Below, piece by piece: positions 15,709 to 28,594 of a stretch of DNA of 64,000 nucleotides. The notes beneath the pieces are model-generated. The model was given only the letters and a program-made list of their open reading frames with translations. It made no database searches and had not been told where the DNA came from. Position 1 is the stretch's first letter, and each line of letters starts with the position of its first letter. The position numbers and the translations under genes are program-made. This DNA is from Eledone cirrhosa (taxonomy: Eukaryota): NCBI GenBank assembly GCA_964016885.1, contig OZ024742.1, forward strand, positions 303,924,001 through 303,988,000, read 5' to 3'.

Positions 15709-18128
15709 CTACAGGCTTATATAGAGAGAAGGCCCAACCACTCGGGTCATCTTTGCCACATTCGCCCACCTTCTATAAAATTTGCTGGGGTACAGCACCT
15801 CTCTCTCCATCCTGATTCTTCTTCCAAAATGATATTTGAAAAAACGAATCAGTTGGTCGCCGGAGAGAAAGGTGTCTGACCTCAGCCCTTTTAACCTCGT
15901 CCACCATATAACCTCTTTCACCATAGCCATAACACATAGGAAAACCGCCTCTCCCTGGTTTTTGAAGGAGGGTGGCGGTTTGATCATGACAATGGACTCG
16001 GTGGTCAACCGGATTGGTCCCACCCACGACAATAGTCGTTCTACATAGCACCACAGGTCGGTAACGCCCGGGAAGTGTACAAATGCGTGCGCAACGGTTT
16101 CCTCGTTGCGCACGCATCTCGGACAGATCTTTTTCGAAGGGTCCCTATTCGGATGCCCGTGTCTGTAGAGCTTGTCTCGAACTGGTAGAGCTCCTCGGTA
16201 GCACTGCCAGGCCAGGAACTTTTGGAAGATGTCCATTGGTCCCGGGCGGAAGGTCCTACCGAACAGACTGGCCAGTTCGTCCTCCTCTACGCCTAGAGTT
16301 TTACCGAGCGTGTCGTCGCACTTGTTACGGACCAACCCTCTATAGAATGTCGAAGTGGAGTCTCCACTGATCGCCGGGTCCGCCTGCCAGAGGGCTGTGA
16401 GCGCCTGAGCACATTCGATATGCCAGTCGCCCATTTTCCTCTGTCTTTGCTTGACCCAGGACTGCAGCGCGGTCAGCGAGACGAGTCGTGGGAAGGCTCG
16501 CCTCACGAACGGGGCCCACACCAGATGCCTGGTGAGGAATACGTGGAGGTGCCGCAGCCTGAGCGCGTATTTGCGCATCGTCAGCCACGGCATCCCCAGC
16601 CCTCCGTTTGAAGGGTGTTGGCAGCAGATGGATCTTCTCACCAAAGCAGCCCGTTTTTCCAAAGGAATTGGAAGAGCGCGCGCTCCATTTTGGTGAGCGT
16701 TTTGGCTGGACAAGCGGTAGTAGATGAGGGACGCTATAAAAGTGTTCGCCACCTCCGTTCGACCTTTCAAGGATAGTTTGCACTCAGCCCACTTCTGGGT
16801 GAGTGCAAACACTTTGGCCATTACCTCGTTCCAGTTCTTCTCCACCTGGAGGTCCGGACCAAACCAGACCCAAGCAGCTTTACCGGTCCTTCCGTCCAGC
16901 GTCCGACGACGCCATCGGAAGGCATCGGTTTGCCTCTCCACGTTCCGAGTTGCAAACCGACGGATTTGTCCCGGTTCAGCTTCGCTCCTGTGAACCTTTC
17001 GTATTCCTCCAGTAAGGTACCGACCTCCCCGATTTGCGAGGTGCTCGACACCATTACTATTACGTCGTCGTCGTAGGCCGACGCCGCTTTTCGCAGTCCC
17101 GGTTCCAAAGAGATGCCCTGCAATAGCTCCAACTTCCGCAGTAGTGGCTCGAGAGTCAGTACGTACAGAAGGGAGGAGAGAGGGCATCCCTGTCGGATGG
17201 ATCGCGTGATATGGAACGGCTCCGAGAGGTAGCCGTTCACCTTGACCCTTGAGCAGATGTTGCTGCTGTGCATTGCAGCAATCCAGCCCCTGAACACGGG
17301 TCCGAAGAATGCCGCCTCGAGTACCGCATCCAGGAAACGATAGTCAACTCTATCGAAAGCCTTAGACTGATCCAAGTTGATCAGGACCCCACCGAAACCG
17401 GGTTTACACCCCACATCTCTATGATGTATCGCATGAGGTAGAGGTTGTCGTGTACGACCTGCTCGAGATTGTGCATGTCTGCGCTTCTCTCACCAGGTTT
17501 TCGACGACAAGCGCCAGCCTCTTTGCCAACACCTTGGCCAAAATCTGTAACTTTGTGTTGAGCAGAGTTATGGGCTGGAAGTTGCCTATGTCATGCTCCT
17601 TGTTCTCGTCCTTCCTGACTAACGTGATTATGCCCTTAGTCACAGAACTGGGAATTCTCCCGTTCTGCTGTCAGTTGCAGTAGACCGCTTTCAGGAGACC
17701 GGAGAACAAGTCCGGCATTGCTACGTAAAATTCGTAGGGTAGACCGTCGAGACCGGGAGATTTGCGTTTGCCGCATTGGCTCAGCGCGCCCCCTATCTCA
17801 GCGGCCGAAATCGGCCTTTTGCAGAACTTCGCCTCGCAGTCCGAGAGTCGCGTTAGGTCGTCGAGGTATAAACCGAAATCCATAGCCCCTCCCGGTGCGC
17901 CGCCCTGCCCGAACATTTGAGCAAAGTGCCGCTGAAAGGCCGTGCACATCTGCTTCGGCTCACGTATCACGCGTCCGTCTTGGTCCTTCAAAGACCGAAT
18001 CGTGGACTTGTTTCCACTTTTCGCCTCCGTCACTCGGGCCCAGCTAACAGCTTTGGCTCCCTCGTTTCCCAGAGCACGTATTTTGCTTCTTACAACGCAA
18101 CCTTCATGCTTTGCGTCGAAATGTTTAG
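15709..18128 (-). pseudogene. Frameshifted ORF2 (RT and C-terminal domain; endonuclease missing)
   Basis: Track ORFs 17671-18033, 17419-17643, 16821-17414 and 15709-17187 are colinear with intact ORF2 48602-52018. Confidence 0.88.
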
Positions 18129-19251
18129 GTATATAAGCCCATCTAGCAACACACGTTCCGGGATCCTAGCTATTCGTTCTGGTGTCATTTGGACCAGAAC
18201 TTCCAGGCTAGTTCCGCTGAACAGGTCGCCGGAGGACTTACCTACCGATATGATATAGTCTGTTTCGTGGTTTAAAAATCTCATAGTACCCACCAAATAT
18301 CAATATTTGGTGTGATACTTTGGATTTTTATTTTCTGTGTCCTTTTCTCCATGAAAAAGGTGAACAGCGGTGACACAATTGGCGACACAGAATATTTCTG
18401 TGCCGTCAATTGGTCTTTCATTAGAATGGATAAACTCCCGTAGAGTCTACCCTTCTGAATAAAAGCAATGTCTTTTAAGGCATTTTTTAAAGCCAACTCA
18501 ATTTCGCCTTGTGAAAGTTGAGTCGGTTTTCGTGTTTTGTTTGAGATTGTCCTGAAAATCACAAGGCAGCTTCTCTTCGCAAATCTGGGGGAGAGTTTAT
18601 GGAGAATGATCCGTTCTACTCCAAAAGTTACATATTGTCTGGCGTTATTCAAAAGCTCATTTGTATTTGAAATATCTACCGGAGTGTAGCTTACCGTTTT
18701 CTTTACGGTTTGCGCAAATGATATTTTGTCGTTTACTTCCGTGTTGCAGCTATTGGTCTTGTTGTTGTTATTATTGTACTTATTGTTGATGTTGTTTTCG
18801 TTTTTTCCGTTGTTGGTGTTGTTGTTGTTGGTGGTGGTTTTTTGTCGTTGTTGTTCTTCTTGTTCTCGTTGTCACTGTTGATGTTGATGGCGTTGTTTTG
18901 GTTTGTGCCATTCACAGTTTTCGTGTTGGTGGTGCTGGTGTTGTTGTCAGGGGGTGTTTTAAACATATCGAAGTGTTTCAACGAGGCGGTGCGAGTTGCT
19001 TCTTGGCTTAACAGTTTTACCCTCCCTCCACCACCTCTGTCTAATTGTTGGCTGACAGATTTGATGATGTTGTTGTTTTTGTTGCTGTTGTTGTTACTGT
19101 TGTTGTTGTTGTTGGTGATAGCAACAGGCAGGCAGCCTTCACCTGACACTAGTACTGTGGAAGGTGATATTAACAGCCCATCACCACAATTCTCTGATGT
19201 GTTTTTTGTGAAGATGGGGTCAAAGAATTTGGCCATTTTGGCTATATTCAA
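18129..19251 (-). pseudogene. Degenerate ORF1 of the Tx1-like element
   Basis: N/T-rich N-terminus, then VIFRTIS..EIELALK..IQKGRLYGSLSIL..DIWWVL..FSGTSLEVLVQ, matching ORF1 52504+ (VHFRCIS..DIEAALK..IERGRQYGTVSVL..DMWWLL..WSGVDLEILLQ). Confidence 0.8.
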
Positions 19252-19441
19252 AATTCCGGTAGAAATTTTGTGGAATTTCTCCGTTTTTCGCCCTGATGGA
19301 CTTATTATTTGGGGTTGCTACCACCTACAAAGTGTAGGGTGGCAGCTTATCTACAAAATGGTGTAAGAATGTAGATTCAGTTCATGCAATTTCCAATGAA
19401 ATTAAAACATTTACTCACCAGCGCGTTTTCCAGTGTGACAC

Positions 19442-20478
19442 AGTATCCGAGATAGATATGTTTCTTTATTAGCCACAGGGGCACAAAAGAAGGGGACAAA
19501 TACAAAGGGGGAAGTTTACATACAATAAAAACGTGTAAAATGTTATCACAAATGCAATTTAAAAAATTAGTCGATTTTCCCCAATAGGGGGGGGGGGGGG
19601 GGCAGTTTATATGGGTAACACATATCCTCGAAAAAATGTGCAACCCTCATCTACAGGCTGATATAGAGAGAAGGCCCATTCACTCGGGCCATTCTCGCCA
19701 CTTTCACCCACCTTTCATAAAACTTGCTGGGGTACAGCACCTCTCTCTCCATCCCGATTCTTCTTCCAAAGTGGTATTTGAAAAAAAGTATCCGAGATAG
19801 ATAGATATATTTCTTTATTAGCCACAGGGGCACAAAAGAAGGGGACAAATACAAAGGGGGAAGTTTACATACAATAAAAACGTGTAAAATGTTATCACAA
19901 ATGCAATTTAAAAAATTTGTCGATTTTCCCCAATAGGGGGGGGGGGGGCAGTTTATATAGGTAACACATACCCTCGAAAATATGTGCAACCCTCATCTAC
20001 AGGCTGATATAGAGAGAAGGCCCATTCACTCGGGCCATTCTCGCCACTTTCACCCACCTTTCATAAAACTTGCTGGGGTACAGCACCTCTCTCTCCATCC
20101 CGATTCTTCTTCCAAAGTGGTATTTGAAAAAAAGTATCCGAGATAGATAGATATATTTCTTTATTAGCCACAGGGGCACAAAAGAAGGGGACAAATACAA
20201 AGGGGGAAGTTTACATACAATAAAAACGTGTAAAATGTTATCACAAATGCAATTTAAAAAATTTGTCGATTTTCCCCAATAGGGGGGGGGGGGGCAGTTT
20301 ATATAGGTAACACATACCCTCGAAAATATGTGCAACCCTCATCTACAGGCTGATATAGAGAGAAGGCCCATTCACTCGGGCCATTCTCGCCACTTTCACC
20401 CACCTTTCATAAAACTTGCTGGGGTACAGCACCTCTCTCTCCATCCTGATTCTTCTTCCAAAGTGGTAATTGAAAAAA
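19442..20478 (-). repeat. Three tandem 345-346-bp units, each a 5'-truncated Tx1 3' end plus junction sequence
   Basis: agtatccgagatagata recurs at 19442, 19787, 20133 and 20479; each unit is ORF2 tail plus 3' UTR with the same 55-bp deletion. Confidence 0.92.
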
Positions 20479-20496
20479 AGTATCCGAGATAGATAT

Positions 20497-21996
20497 ATTT
20501 CTTTATTAGCCACAGGGGCACAAAAGAAGGGGACAAATACAAAGGGGGAAGTTTACATACAATAAAAACGTGTAAAATGTTATCACAGATGGAATTTAAA
20601 AGTTAGTCGATTTTCCCCAATAGAGGGAGACAGTTTATATGGGTAACACATACCCCCGAAAAAAAATGTGCAACCCTCATCTCCAGGAGTACGAAGAGCT
20701 TGTACTCCTTTCCTCTCCTCCTCCTTTTCCTCAACCTACAGGCTGATATAGAGAGAAGGCCCATTCACTCGGGCCATTCTCGCCACTTTCACCCACCTTT
20801 CATAAAACTTGCTGGGGTACAGCACCTCTCTCTCCATCCTGATTCTTCTTCCAAAGTGGTATTTGAAAAAAAGAATCAGTTGTTGGCCGGAGAGAAAGGT
20901 GTCTGACCTCAGCCCTTTCAACCTTGTCCACCATACAACCTCTTTCGCCATAGCTATCACACAAAGGAAAACCGCCTCTCCTTCGTTTTTGAAGGAGGGT
21001 GGCGGTTTGATCATGACAATGGACTCGGTGGTCAACTGGATTGGTCCCACCCGCGACAATAGTCGTTCTACATAGCCCCACAGGTCAGTGACGCCCGGGC
21101 AGTGTATGAATGCGTGCGCGACGGTTTCTTCGTCTCGCACGCACCTCGGACAGATCTTTTTTGCAGGGTCCCTGCCCGGGCGCCCATGTCTGTAGAGCTT
21201 GTCTCGAACTGGTAGAGCTCCTCAATAGCACTGCCAGGCCAGGGACTTTTGGAAGTTGTCCATCGGTCCCGGGCGGAAGGTCCTACCGAACAGACTGGCC
21301 AGTTCATCTTCCTATACGCCTAGAGTTTCACCGAGCGCGTCGTCGCACTTGCTGCGGACCAACCCTCTATAGAATGACGAAGTGGAGTCTCCACTGATCG
21401 CCGGGTCCGCCTGCCAGAGGGCTGTGAGCGCCTGAGCACATTCGATATGCCAGTCGCCCATTTTCCTCGGTCTTTGCTTGACCCAGGACTGCAGTTAGGT
21501 CAGCGAGACGAGTCGAGGGAAGGTTCGCCTCACGAACGGGGCCCACACCGGTTGTCCGGTGAGGAATACGTAGAGATGCCGCAGCTTGAGCGCGTGTTTG
21601 CGCATCGTCAACCACGGCATTCCCAGCCCTCCGTTAGAAGGGTGTTGGCAGCAGATGGATCTTCTCACCAAAGGAGCCCGCCTCTTCCAAAGGAATCGGA
21701 AGAGCGCGCGCTCCATTTTGGCGAGCGTTTTGGCTGGACAAGGCACGACGGTCAAGCGGTAGTAGATGGCGGACGCTATAAAAGTGTTCACCACCTCCGC
21801 TCGACCTTTCAAGGATAGTTTGCACTCGGCCCACTTCTGGGTGAGTGCAAACACCTTGGCCGTCACTTCGTTCCAGTTCTTCTCCACCTGAAGGTCCGGA
21901 CCAAACCAGACCCGAGCAGCTTTACCGGTTCTTCCGTCCAGCGTCCGACGACGCCATCGGAAGGCATCGGTTTGCCTCTCCACGATCCGAGTTGCA
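20497..21996 (-). mobile_element. Tx1-like LINE, GATA family, 5'-truncated copy 2
   Basis: Highly similar to 15484-16954; truncated at the LQLGSW motif and directly followed by (GATA)n 21997-22031. Confidence 0.9.
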
Positions 21997-22031
21997 ATAG
22001 ATAGATAGATAGATAGATAGATTGATAGATA

Positions 22032-22501
22032 ACTTTCTTTTTATTTGCCACCAGGGTATCAAAGAGTGGGACAAGTACAATGGAGGGAGTTTACATAACA
22101 AGGCGTCCTCAATAAGGAGGAGGCAATAACAAAATATAAAAATATAAAATATAAAATATAACAAAAATAAATTGAAAAACAAAATGCTCAATAGGGAGGA
22201 GGCGCCTTGGGGGGCCGCACACACCACCGAAAAAAGTGTGCAACCCTTCTCCTCAGAAGCACAGATAGAGGGTGCTCCCATGAACTTTCATCTTTCTCAC
22301 CTACAATCTGATGTAGAGTGAAGGCCCATTCACACAGGCCATTCTCCCCACTTTCACCCATCTTTCATAGAAACGGCTGGGGTGCAGCACCTCTCTCTCC
22401 ATCCTGATCCTTCTTCCGAAATGATATCGGAAGAAACGGACCAGTTGTTGGCCAGAGAGAAAGGTGTCTGACCTCAGTCCTTTCAGACGCGTCCACCATA
22501 C
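22032..22501 (-). mobile_element. Tx1-like LINE, GATA family, diverged 5'-truncated copy 3
   Basis: ORF2 C-terminus (WWTRLKGLRSDTFLSGQQLVRFFRYHFGRRIRMEREVL) plus 3' UTR; (GATA)n on both sides (21997-22031, 22502-22562). Confidence 0.88.
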
Positions 22502-22543
<42 letters not shown>

Positions 22544-22568
22544 GTAGATAGATAGATAGATATATAAA

Positions 22569-22905
22569 TACGATGTGTCAGAAAAGAAACTGGATTGGGA
22601 TCACAAAAAAGGTATATTTCGAATCCAATCTACAAACTACAAGATTTCCCCTTCGAAATAATCTTCATCGTGTCTGACGCACTTTCCCATCCTCCTCCGC
22701 CACACATCCAAGCAATGCTGGAAGGATTCACCCGGAACTCTCCGTAGATCGTCAACACGGCACTCATGATGGTCGTGGCGCTTTGTTTCCGGGTCCTACT
22801 CGAAGATCCATGGATCTTCGAGTATGACTTTCCCCATGAAATTTGGTTCGGTTTCAAGACCTTCCAGAACGTCCTGACCCACCAGCATACGTCGCTCCTT
22901 CTGAT
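22569..22905 (-). mobile_element. Internally deleted mariner transposon remnant
   Basis: TIR-like tacgatgtgtcagaaaagaaactgg at 22569. Minus-strand translation QKERRMLVGQDVLEGLETEPNFMGKVI..WIFE*DPETKR joined to LRRVPGESFQHCLDVWRRRMGKCVRHDEDYFEG, matching mariner WxxxYDPETK and C-terminal W..R..KC...GxYFE motifs. Confidence 0.75.
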
Positions 22906-23463
22906 GTTATATATACTTACAGAAGTAAATCTAGCACTCGTGATTTCACTTGTTAGGTACTAGGGTTGTGTTAGTTAAAGCGAGGTTTCTTTTCAATAAC
23001 TTCATATTCTCTGTCTCCTGCCAAATAACAATCTATGTTCCAATTCCCTGCGTTGTACATTGTATACATCGTTAGATCAAATGCTTGCGTGTTATTCCAA
23101 AACTTATTTACTAAGGAGATGCCATAAACACTTGCCTGCCGGAAACCTACAACAGGTTAGCTAACACTGTTGGCCAATTTAGATTTATTGAACGTCAAGC
23201 TTTATTTTTGTGCACTTCTGAAACTATAAGTATGTATGTAAATGGATGAAAGAGTTTTGAGTAGATCCTCTACTAATTCCAAATATTGCTGCAGGTCTCA
23301 ATATGCTATTTTCTAAATATTTCTGCAGGTCTCAATATGCTATTTTCTAAATATTTCTTCAGGTCTAAATATACCATTGACGATAAAATGCAACACTTTG
23401 CCCTGAGGTTGGGCAAAATCATTATCTCTACATTTAGTAGTTATGGATTGAATCTGACGAATT

Positions 23464-23586
23464 GGTGGAGCCGTCAGAACCTCGGTTAGAGTGCTTTGTG
23501 GTATTCGGTTCAAATCCCGCCCGAGTCAATTTGCCTTACATCCATTCGAGGTCGTTAAAAAAGTACCAGTCAAGTACTGGTGTCGT
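23464..23586 (+). mobile_element. Degenerate SINE (S1-related)
   Basis: ggttcaaatcccgcc..tttgccttacatcc..ggtcgttaaaaaagtaccagt. Confidence 0.65.
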
Positions 23587-25059
23587 GTCTTCCTCTATAT
23601 CTCTTGTCAACTTCCTCTCTCTCTCTCTTTTATATCCTCCTCTGGAAGATATATGGTGTAGTCAGGTCTGGACAAGGCTTAAAATGCCCAATAAACGGCG
23701 TACCCAATACGGTGCCCCTACGATTTTATCAGGAGTTACGGGCCCGTAACATACCAAGGACTGAATGAGTTGTAATATATCCTCTAGTCCACGCCATTGC
23801 TCCGCAGTGTGAACACAAAGTTTCACAACACTGCCATACACCAAATGGACCGGGATAAGTTATGAATGCAATTTCCCGGTACCCCTCTTATTTCAAATGC
23901 TGTCATCGGCTTCTCCCAACATTCTCACAACGAACTGTCGAAGTAGTCAATGAAATCAACCGTCTTCATTTCAGATTACAATCAAATTACTCGGCAAATT
24001 ATAAACTGCACACTTTTTCTTGGAATATGGTGGCTCTACATTTCCCCTTGTCATGGCGGGACTGTATAACATGATCACACTGAACGGTGTTTTATACCTC
24101 AACAGCTTAGAACATGCGCTTTGGGACGAACATGGCAACATTTAAATTCAGCCTCAAATTAAGGAAATGGTACATTGTTATTTTAGAGACCTGCATATCA
24201 GTTGGGATGCAATTCTTAAATGTTTGTTTTATTCTAGTTATCAAATGGTTAATTAATTTTATCAATCCTAAAAGGGATCGAATGAAATTTTATTTTCATC
24301 TCCACTCCCATTTATTAATTTTATAATGAATCTTGTCTGAGGTAGTAGATTCTCTGATGTTTGGAAACTATGGAAGCAATGTTGGAGTACAGATTAAAAA
24401 TGCGTTATCTTTGTCGGCAATATTCCTAGAATGAGGAACACCTACATTATATTTACAATTAATTTATTGAAAATCTTATCTATACACATCATCAGTATTT
24501 GTTGCCTTAATCCACATTAGCCTTTAAGAAGATCCTTGCAATATTGTCACGTAGAACATATAACAAGACTAGAAAATATAAATTTGAGCCAACACTTTCT
24601 TTGTAATATATAGTATCTGTTCTATAAGAATAAACGACAAAATTAACTCTGTGGTACATTCAAACGGAAAATAAATGCTATATATATAAATATATATGCC
24701 GATATATATAGCATTTAAAAAAAATATATATATATATATATATCCTCTTGTGCACGCCGTATACATATATATATATATAAAAGGAGATTAATATCCCCAC
24801 AGGTACTAAGTACCCCTGCAAACATATAGGGTGTCTATGATACAGTGGTTGTTCTATGGTATTAATTTGACATACCAGAACTATAAAATTGAGATAAGCG
24901 GAGCAAATAATATTCAAATAATTTTTTGAATAAATAAAAAAATATAATTTAAATATTTACCTACTCCATTTGCTTTTAGCGACGGTTTCACCTTACAAAA
25001 GATTGGAGATCCTAGGGACTTCCAATGGAAATGCTTATTTCAATTATATATATATATAT

Positions 25060-25103
<44 letters not shown>

Positions 25104-25233
25104 TGTTTCTACTTTAGGCACAAGGCCAGCAATTACCAGTGCATTACTGGTACTTTATTTTATCGACCCCGTAAGGATGAAAGGCAAAGTCAACCTCGGC
25201 GGGATTTGAACTCAGATCGTAAAGGGACGTAAC
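25104..25233 (-). mobile_element. 5'-truncated SINE S1 in a (TAA)n tract
   Basis: S1 core and 3' end; the 3' end abuts (AAT)n 25064-25103. Confidence 0.85.
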
Positions 25234-25257
25234 ACTTTGCGTCAAATAATAATAATA

Positions 25258-26766
25258 ATGGACGATCTTAAGCTCTTCGGAAAGTGTGAGAAGGAGTTGG
25301 ATGTGCTTGTTGACACTGTCCGTATTTTCAGCAATGAGATATGTATGCAATTTGGTATTAGTAAGTGTGGAGTCCTTGTGATGAAGAGGGGTAAATTGAG
25401 CAGAAGCAACGGAATCCAGGTACCAGCAGGTGAGATGATAAAGGAAATTGACACTGAAGAAGGATACAAGTATTTGGGTGTTCTGGAGGCTGATGACATC
25501 AAAAACAAAAAAATGAAGAAATTGATAAGATCTGAATACATTCGGAGAATAAGGAGCGTATTAAAGTCACATCTGAACAGTAGGAATGCCATAAGTGCAG
25601 TAAATTCCCGAGCTGTATCTATTATTAGGTACAGTGCGGGAATTCTGAGATGGAATGTTGCTGAACAAAAAGAAATGGATTGGAAGACTAGGAAGCTATT
25701 GACTATCTACATGTTCCACAAGAGGAGTGATGTCGATAGACTCTACTTAAGGAGATCTGAAGGTGGAAGAAGTCTTATCAGTATAGAGGACTGTGTTCAG
25801 ATGGAGAAAATCAACCTACACAAATACGTGACTGATAGTAAGGAGCCAATGCTCAGAATTGTACTGAAGGAGGGGAAAATAGACCAGGAGAGGGCCAAGT
25901 AGGAAATAACAACAAGGAGAAAGAGCAGCCTTCATGAAATATTCCGTCATAGAACCTTCTTTGAGAAAACTAAATTCAGAGATCCACAGACATGGAACTG
26001 GTTGAAAAGAGGAGACCTTAAAAAGGCTACAGAAGGAATGCTAATGGCTGCTCAAGAGCAGGCCCTCAAAACGAAGTGGTTGAAACACCATATTTACAAG
26101 GAGGAGGCTAGCCCACTGTGCAGGATCTGTGGAGAGAGAGAGGAGACTGTGGCTCACATTGTATCCGAGTGTAAACACCTAGCCCAGACTCACTATAAAG
26201 GCTGGAGACATGATGTGATGGACAGGGTGATCCACTGGCACCTATGCAAAGCAAACAATTTACCACATTCTGAGAAGTGGTATGAGCATAAGCCAGAGTC
26301 GGTGATAGAAAACGATCAGGTGAAGGTGCTGTGGGATTTTAGGATACAGACGGACAAGAAACTGGAACACAATAGACCTGACCTGGTGATTTTTGACAAG
26401 GAAAAAAGATCGTGCCTGATTGTTGATGTGGCCTGCCCATTCGACACGAGAGTGCAAGAGAACGAGAGGGAGAAAATTAACCGATATCAGGACTTAAAGT
26501 GGGAGGTAAAAAGGATTTGGAACTGCCATGAAGTCAAAGTGGCCCCGATTGTCATAGGCGCACTAGGTACTATCTCAAAAGGTTTCCAGGGATGGTTAAA
26601 GAAAATTGGCCCCGCCACGCTTTTTGGAACGCTTCAAAAGGTATGCTTGCTGGGAACAGCAAGAACCCTCCGATACGTCCTGAATATCTGAGGCTGCAGG
26701 TAGTGACTTGATATTCATTTCAACAAACTTTCCAGTTAACTAACATCAATGACTGAGACTCAAAGA
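25258..26766 (+). mobile_element. R4/Dong-clade RT-RLE element, family D1, 5'-truncated
   Basis: Starts at MDDLKLF; CRICGEREETVAHIVSEC zinc knuckle, RHD, RPDLV..VDVACP..EKINRYQDL restriction-like endonuclease; (TAA)n on both sides; closely similar to 38848-41960. Confidence 0.92.
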
Positions 26767-26799
26767 ACAATAATAATAATAATAATAATAATAGTAATA

Positions 26800-28517
26800 A
26801 TAATAAATTTGAAGACTAAAATCCAAAGAGGGCTCGATAAGGATAAATATATATCAAATATATAAGAACCGTAGAGCAAATATTTATTAAAATAACAGAT
26901 TAAAGTTTAAGCAAAGAATCGCTGCTTTCACCCTTAACGGGATCTTCTGAAACTAACAAAGTAAATCTGTAAACGCAGAAGTGGATATTTCAAAAAACGT
27001 TGCAACCGGAGGAAGACAGGAAGACGATACTTTGGTTCGTGGAAACATTCCCTGGCAAAGAACGGGAAATAACGATTATAATACGTCATTAATAGGAGCG
27101 GTGAAAAACAATACAGAACCAATATTCTCTTAGGTGGTTCATGGAGACGTTCTCTCGCAATGAACGGAAAAAACGAAGATAATACGTCATATGTGGAGCG
27201 TGGAGAACAATTGCACGCAAAGACAAAAGCACGTAAATGGTAAAGCTGAAGTCGTAGACTAAAATTCTAACTCGGAAACCGAATGATTCTCCGTTTCAGA
27301 GTTAAGAATAAAGTAAATAAAATACAATACAGAGGTAATTGAAATTAAATAAATACAACACGCATCCAAATACGTACATACATAAGCATATCCTAAAACA
27401 CTCGCCATAGGTATACAAAACCACGCACATATAAATATGTGTGTTTGTGTGCGTGTATACAAATAAATAAATAATTATATAAACGTATATAAATAAATAA
27501 ATACGTATATAACAAGCGCACACACATACCTACATGTAAATACACAAATGTTCGGAGACTACGTCAACCAAAACATGAAGTACACAAATACACTCACCCA
27601 ACATACGTACGAACCCCCATACTCACACAGACGCAAAACACCCGTATACACATAACCAAAAGCATATGTACCAGAATATATAAAAATATACGCCATAGCA
27701 TATACAATCAAATATACTTACGAGAAAGTATACGTACCTTCACAAAACATAAAGGTAATATATACTTACCTATGCAAATAAGTAATGGTATAAACATAAC
27801 ATATACTTAGCTACCACATCAAGACGTAAAATATCCACGTATAGATCGTACTATCCGTTAGGGTATAATGTGGGGCTGTAATACAGGAAAGTTTTGTGCA
27901 ATTTATGTTTACAAGCCGAAATTGCCTCATATTTTTTGTTTAAGATGTGGTCTGTGGCGTAGAGTATTTCCAGGGCCTCAGCGGCGCAGAGATCACATGG
28001 TCTTTTATTTCCATTATACGATCTAGCCCTAGCTAGGATCTGCCAGTGTAACTTATATTGGGCGTGGTTGTCTTTTAGACTCCAGATATAAGCTGAAAGT
28101 GACGTCAGATTCCTTCTTAGAGGGTAACGAAAAGAATGGGGATGCATGTAAAGACGCTGCTTGAATCTATTGGCGGTTAACCCTATGTAGGCCCTACAGG
28201 ACGTGGGTGTTTCAACCTTACATTTGTAGACAATGTTACTAGAGAGGCATTTCCCGGATAGGGGGCAATCAACCCGATTCCTACAATTACAGTTAGTACT
28301 AACTACAGGGTTGCACGTGTTCCTACGGCTAGGTGGTTTAGATAAATTTGAAGCTGTGATGTTAGGTGCAAAGTATCGTCTTCCTGTCTTCCTCCGGTTG
28401 CAACGTTTTTTGAAATATCCACTTCTGCGTTTACAGATTGACTTTGTTAGTTTCAGAAGATCCCGTTAAGGGTGAAAGCAGCGATCTTTGCTTAAAATTT
28501 AATCTGTTATTTTAATA

Positions 28518-28519
<2 letters not shown>
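26800..28519 (-). mobile_element. Penelope-like element remnant with an inverted pLTR segment
   Basis: About 150-bp inverted repeat (26883-27034 vs 28369-28519) flanking a GIY-YIG coding remnant; right end in (TA)n. Confidence 0.8.
27851..28320 (-). pseudogene. Penelope GIY-YIG endonuclease C-terminal fragment
   Basis: Frame upstream of track ORF 27851-28147 reads NCNCRNRVDCPLSGKCLSSNIVYKCKV..AYIGLTANRFKQRLYMH..SF..TSLSAYIWSLK..W.IL..CDLC..E..LNKK.E..CKH. Confidence 0.85.

Positions 28520-28594
<75 letters not shown>

Larger units (their letters stand above)
15484..19441 (-). mobile_element. Tx1/L1-clade LINE, GATA-associated family, copy 1 (both ends retained, internally deleted)
   Basis: 3' end cccttgtggctaataaagaaat followed by (TATC)n; frameshifted ORF2 remnants with RT motifs (KSPGLDG, DQSKAFDRVD, RQGCPLS, AYDDD) and a C-terminal Cys/His motif; ORF1 remnant and 5' UTR upstream. 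Confidence 0.9.

Noticed and set aside
19377-20335. Repeated 88-112-aa ORFs as a small gene family, or the repeats as a CRISPR-like array
   Set aside because: The units are tandem LINE 3' ends with no unique spacers, in a eukaryotic context.
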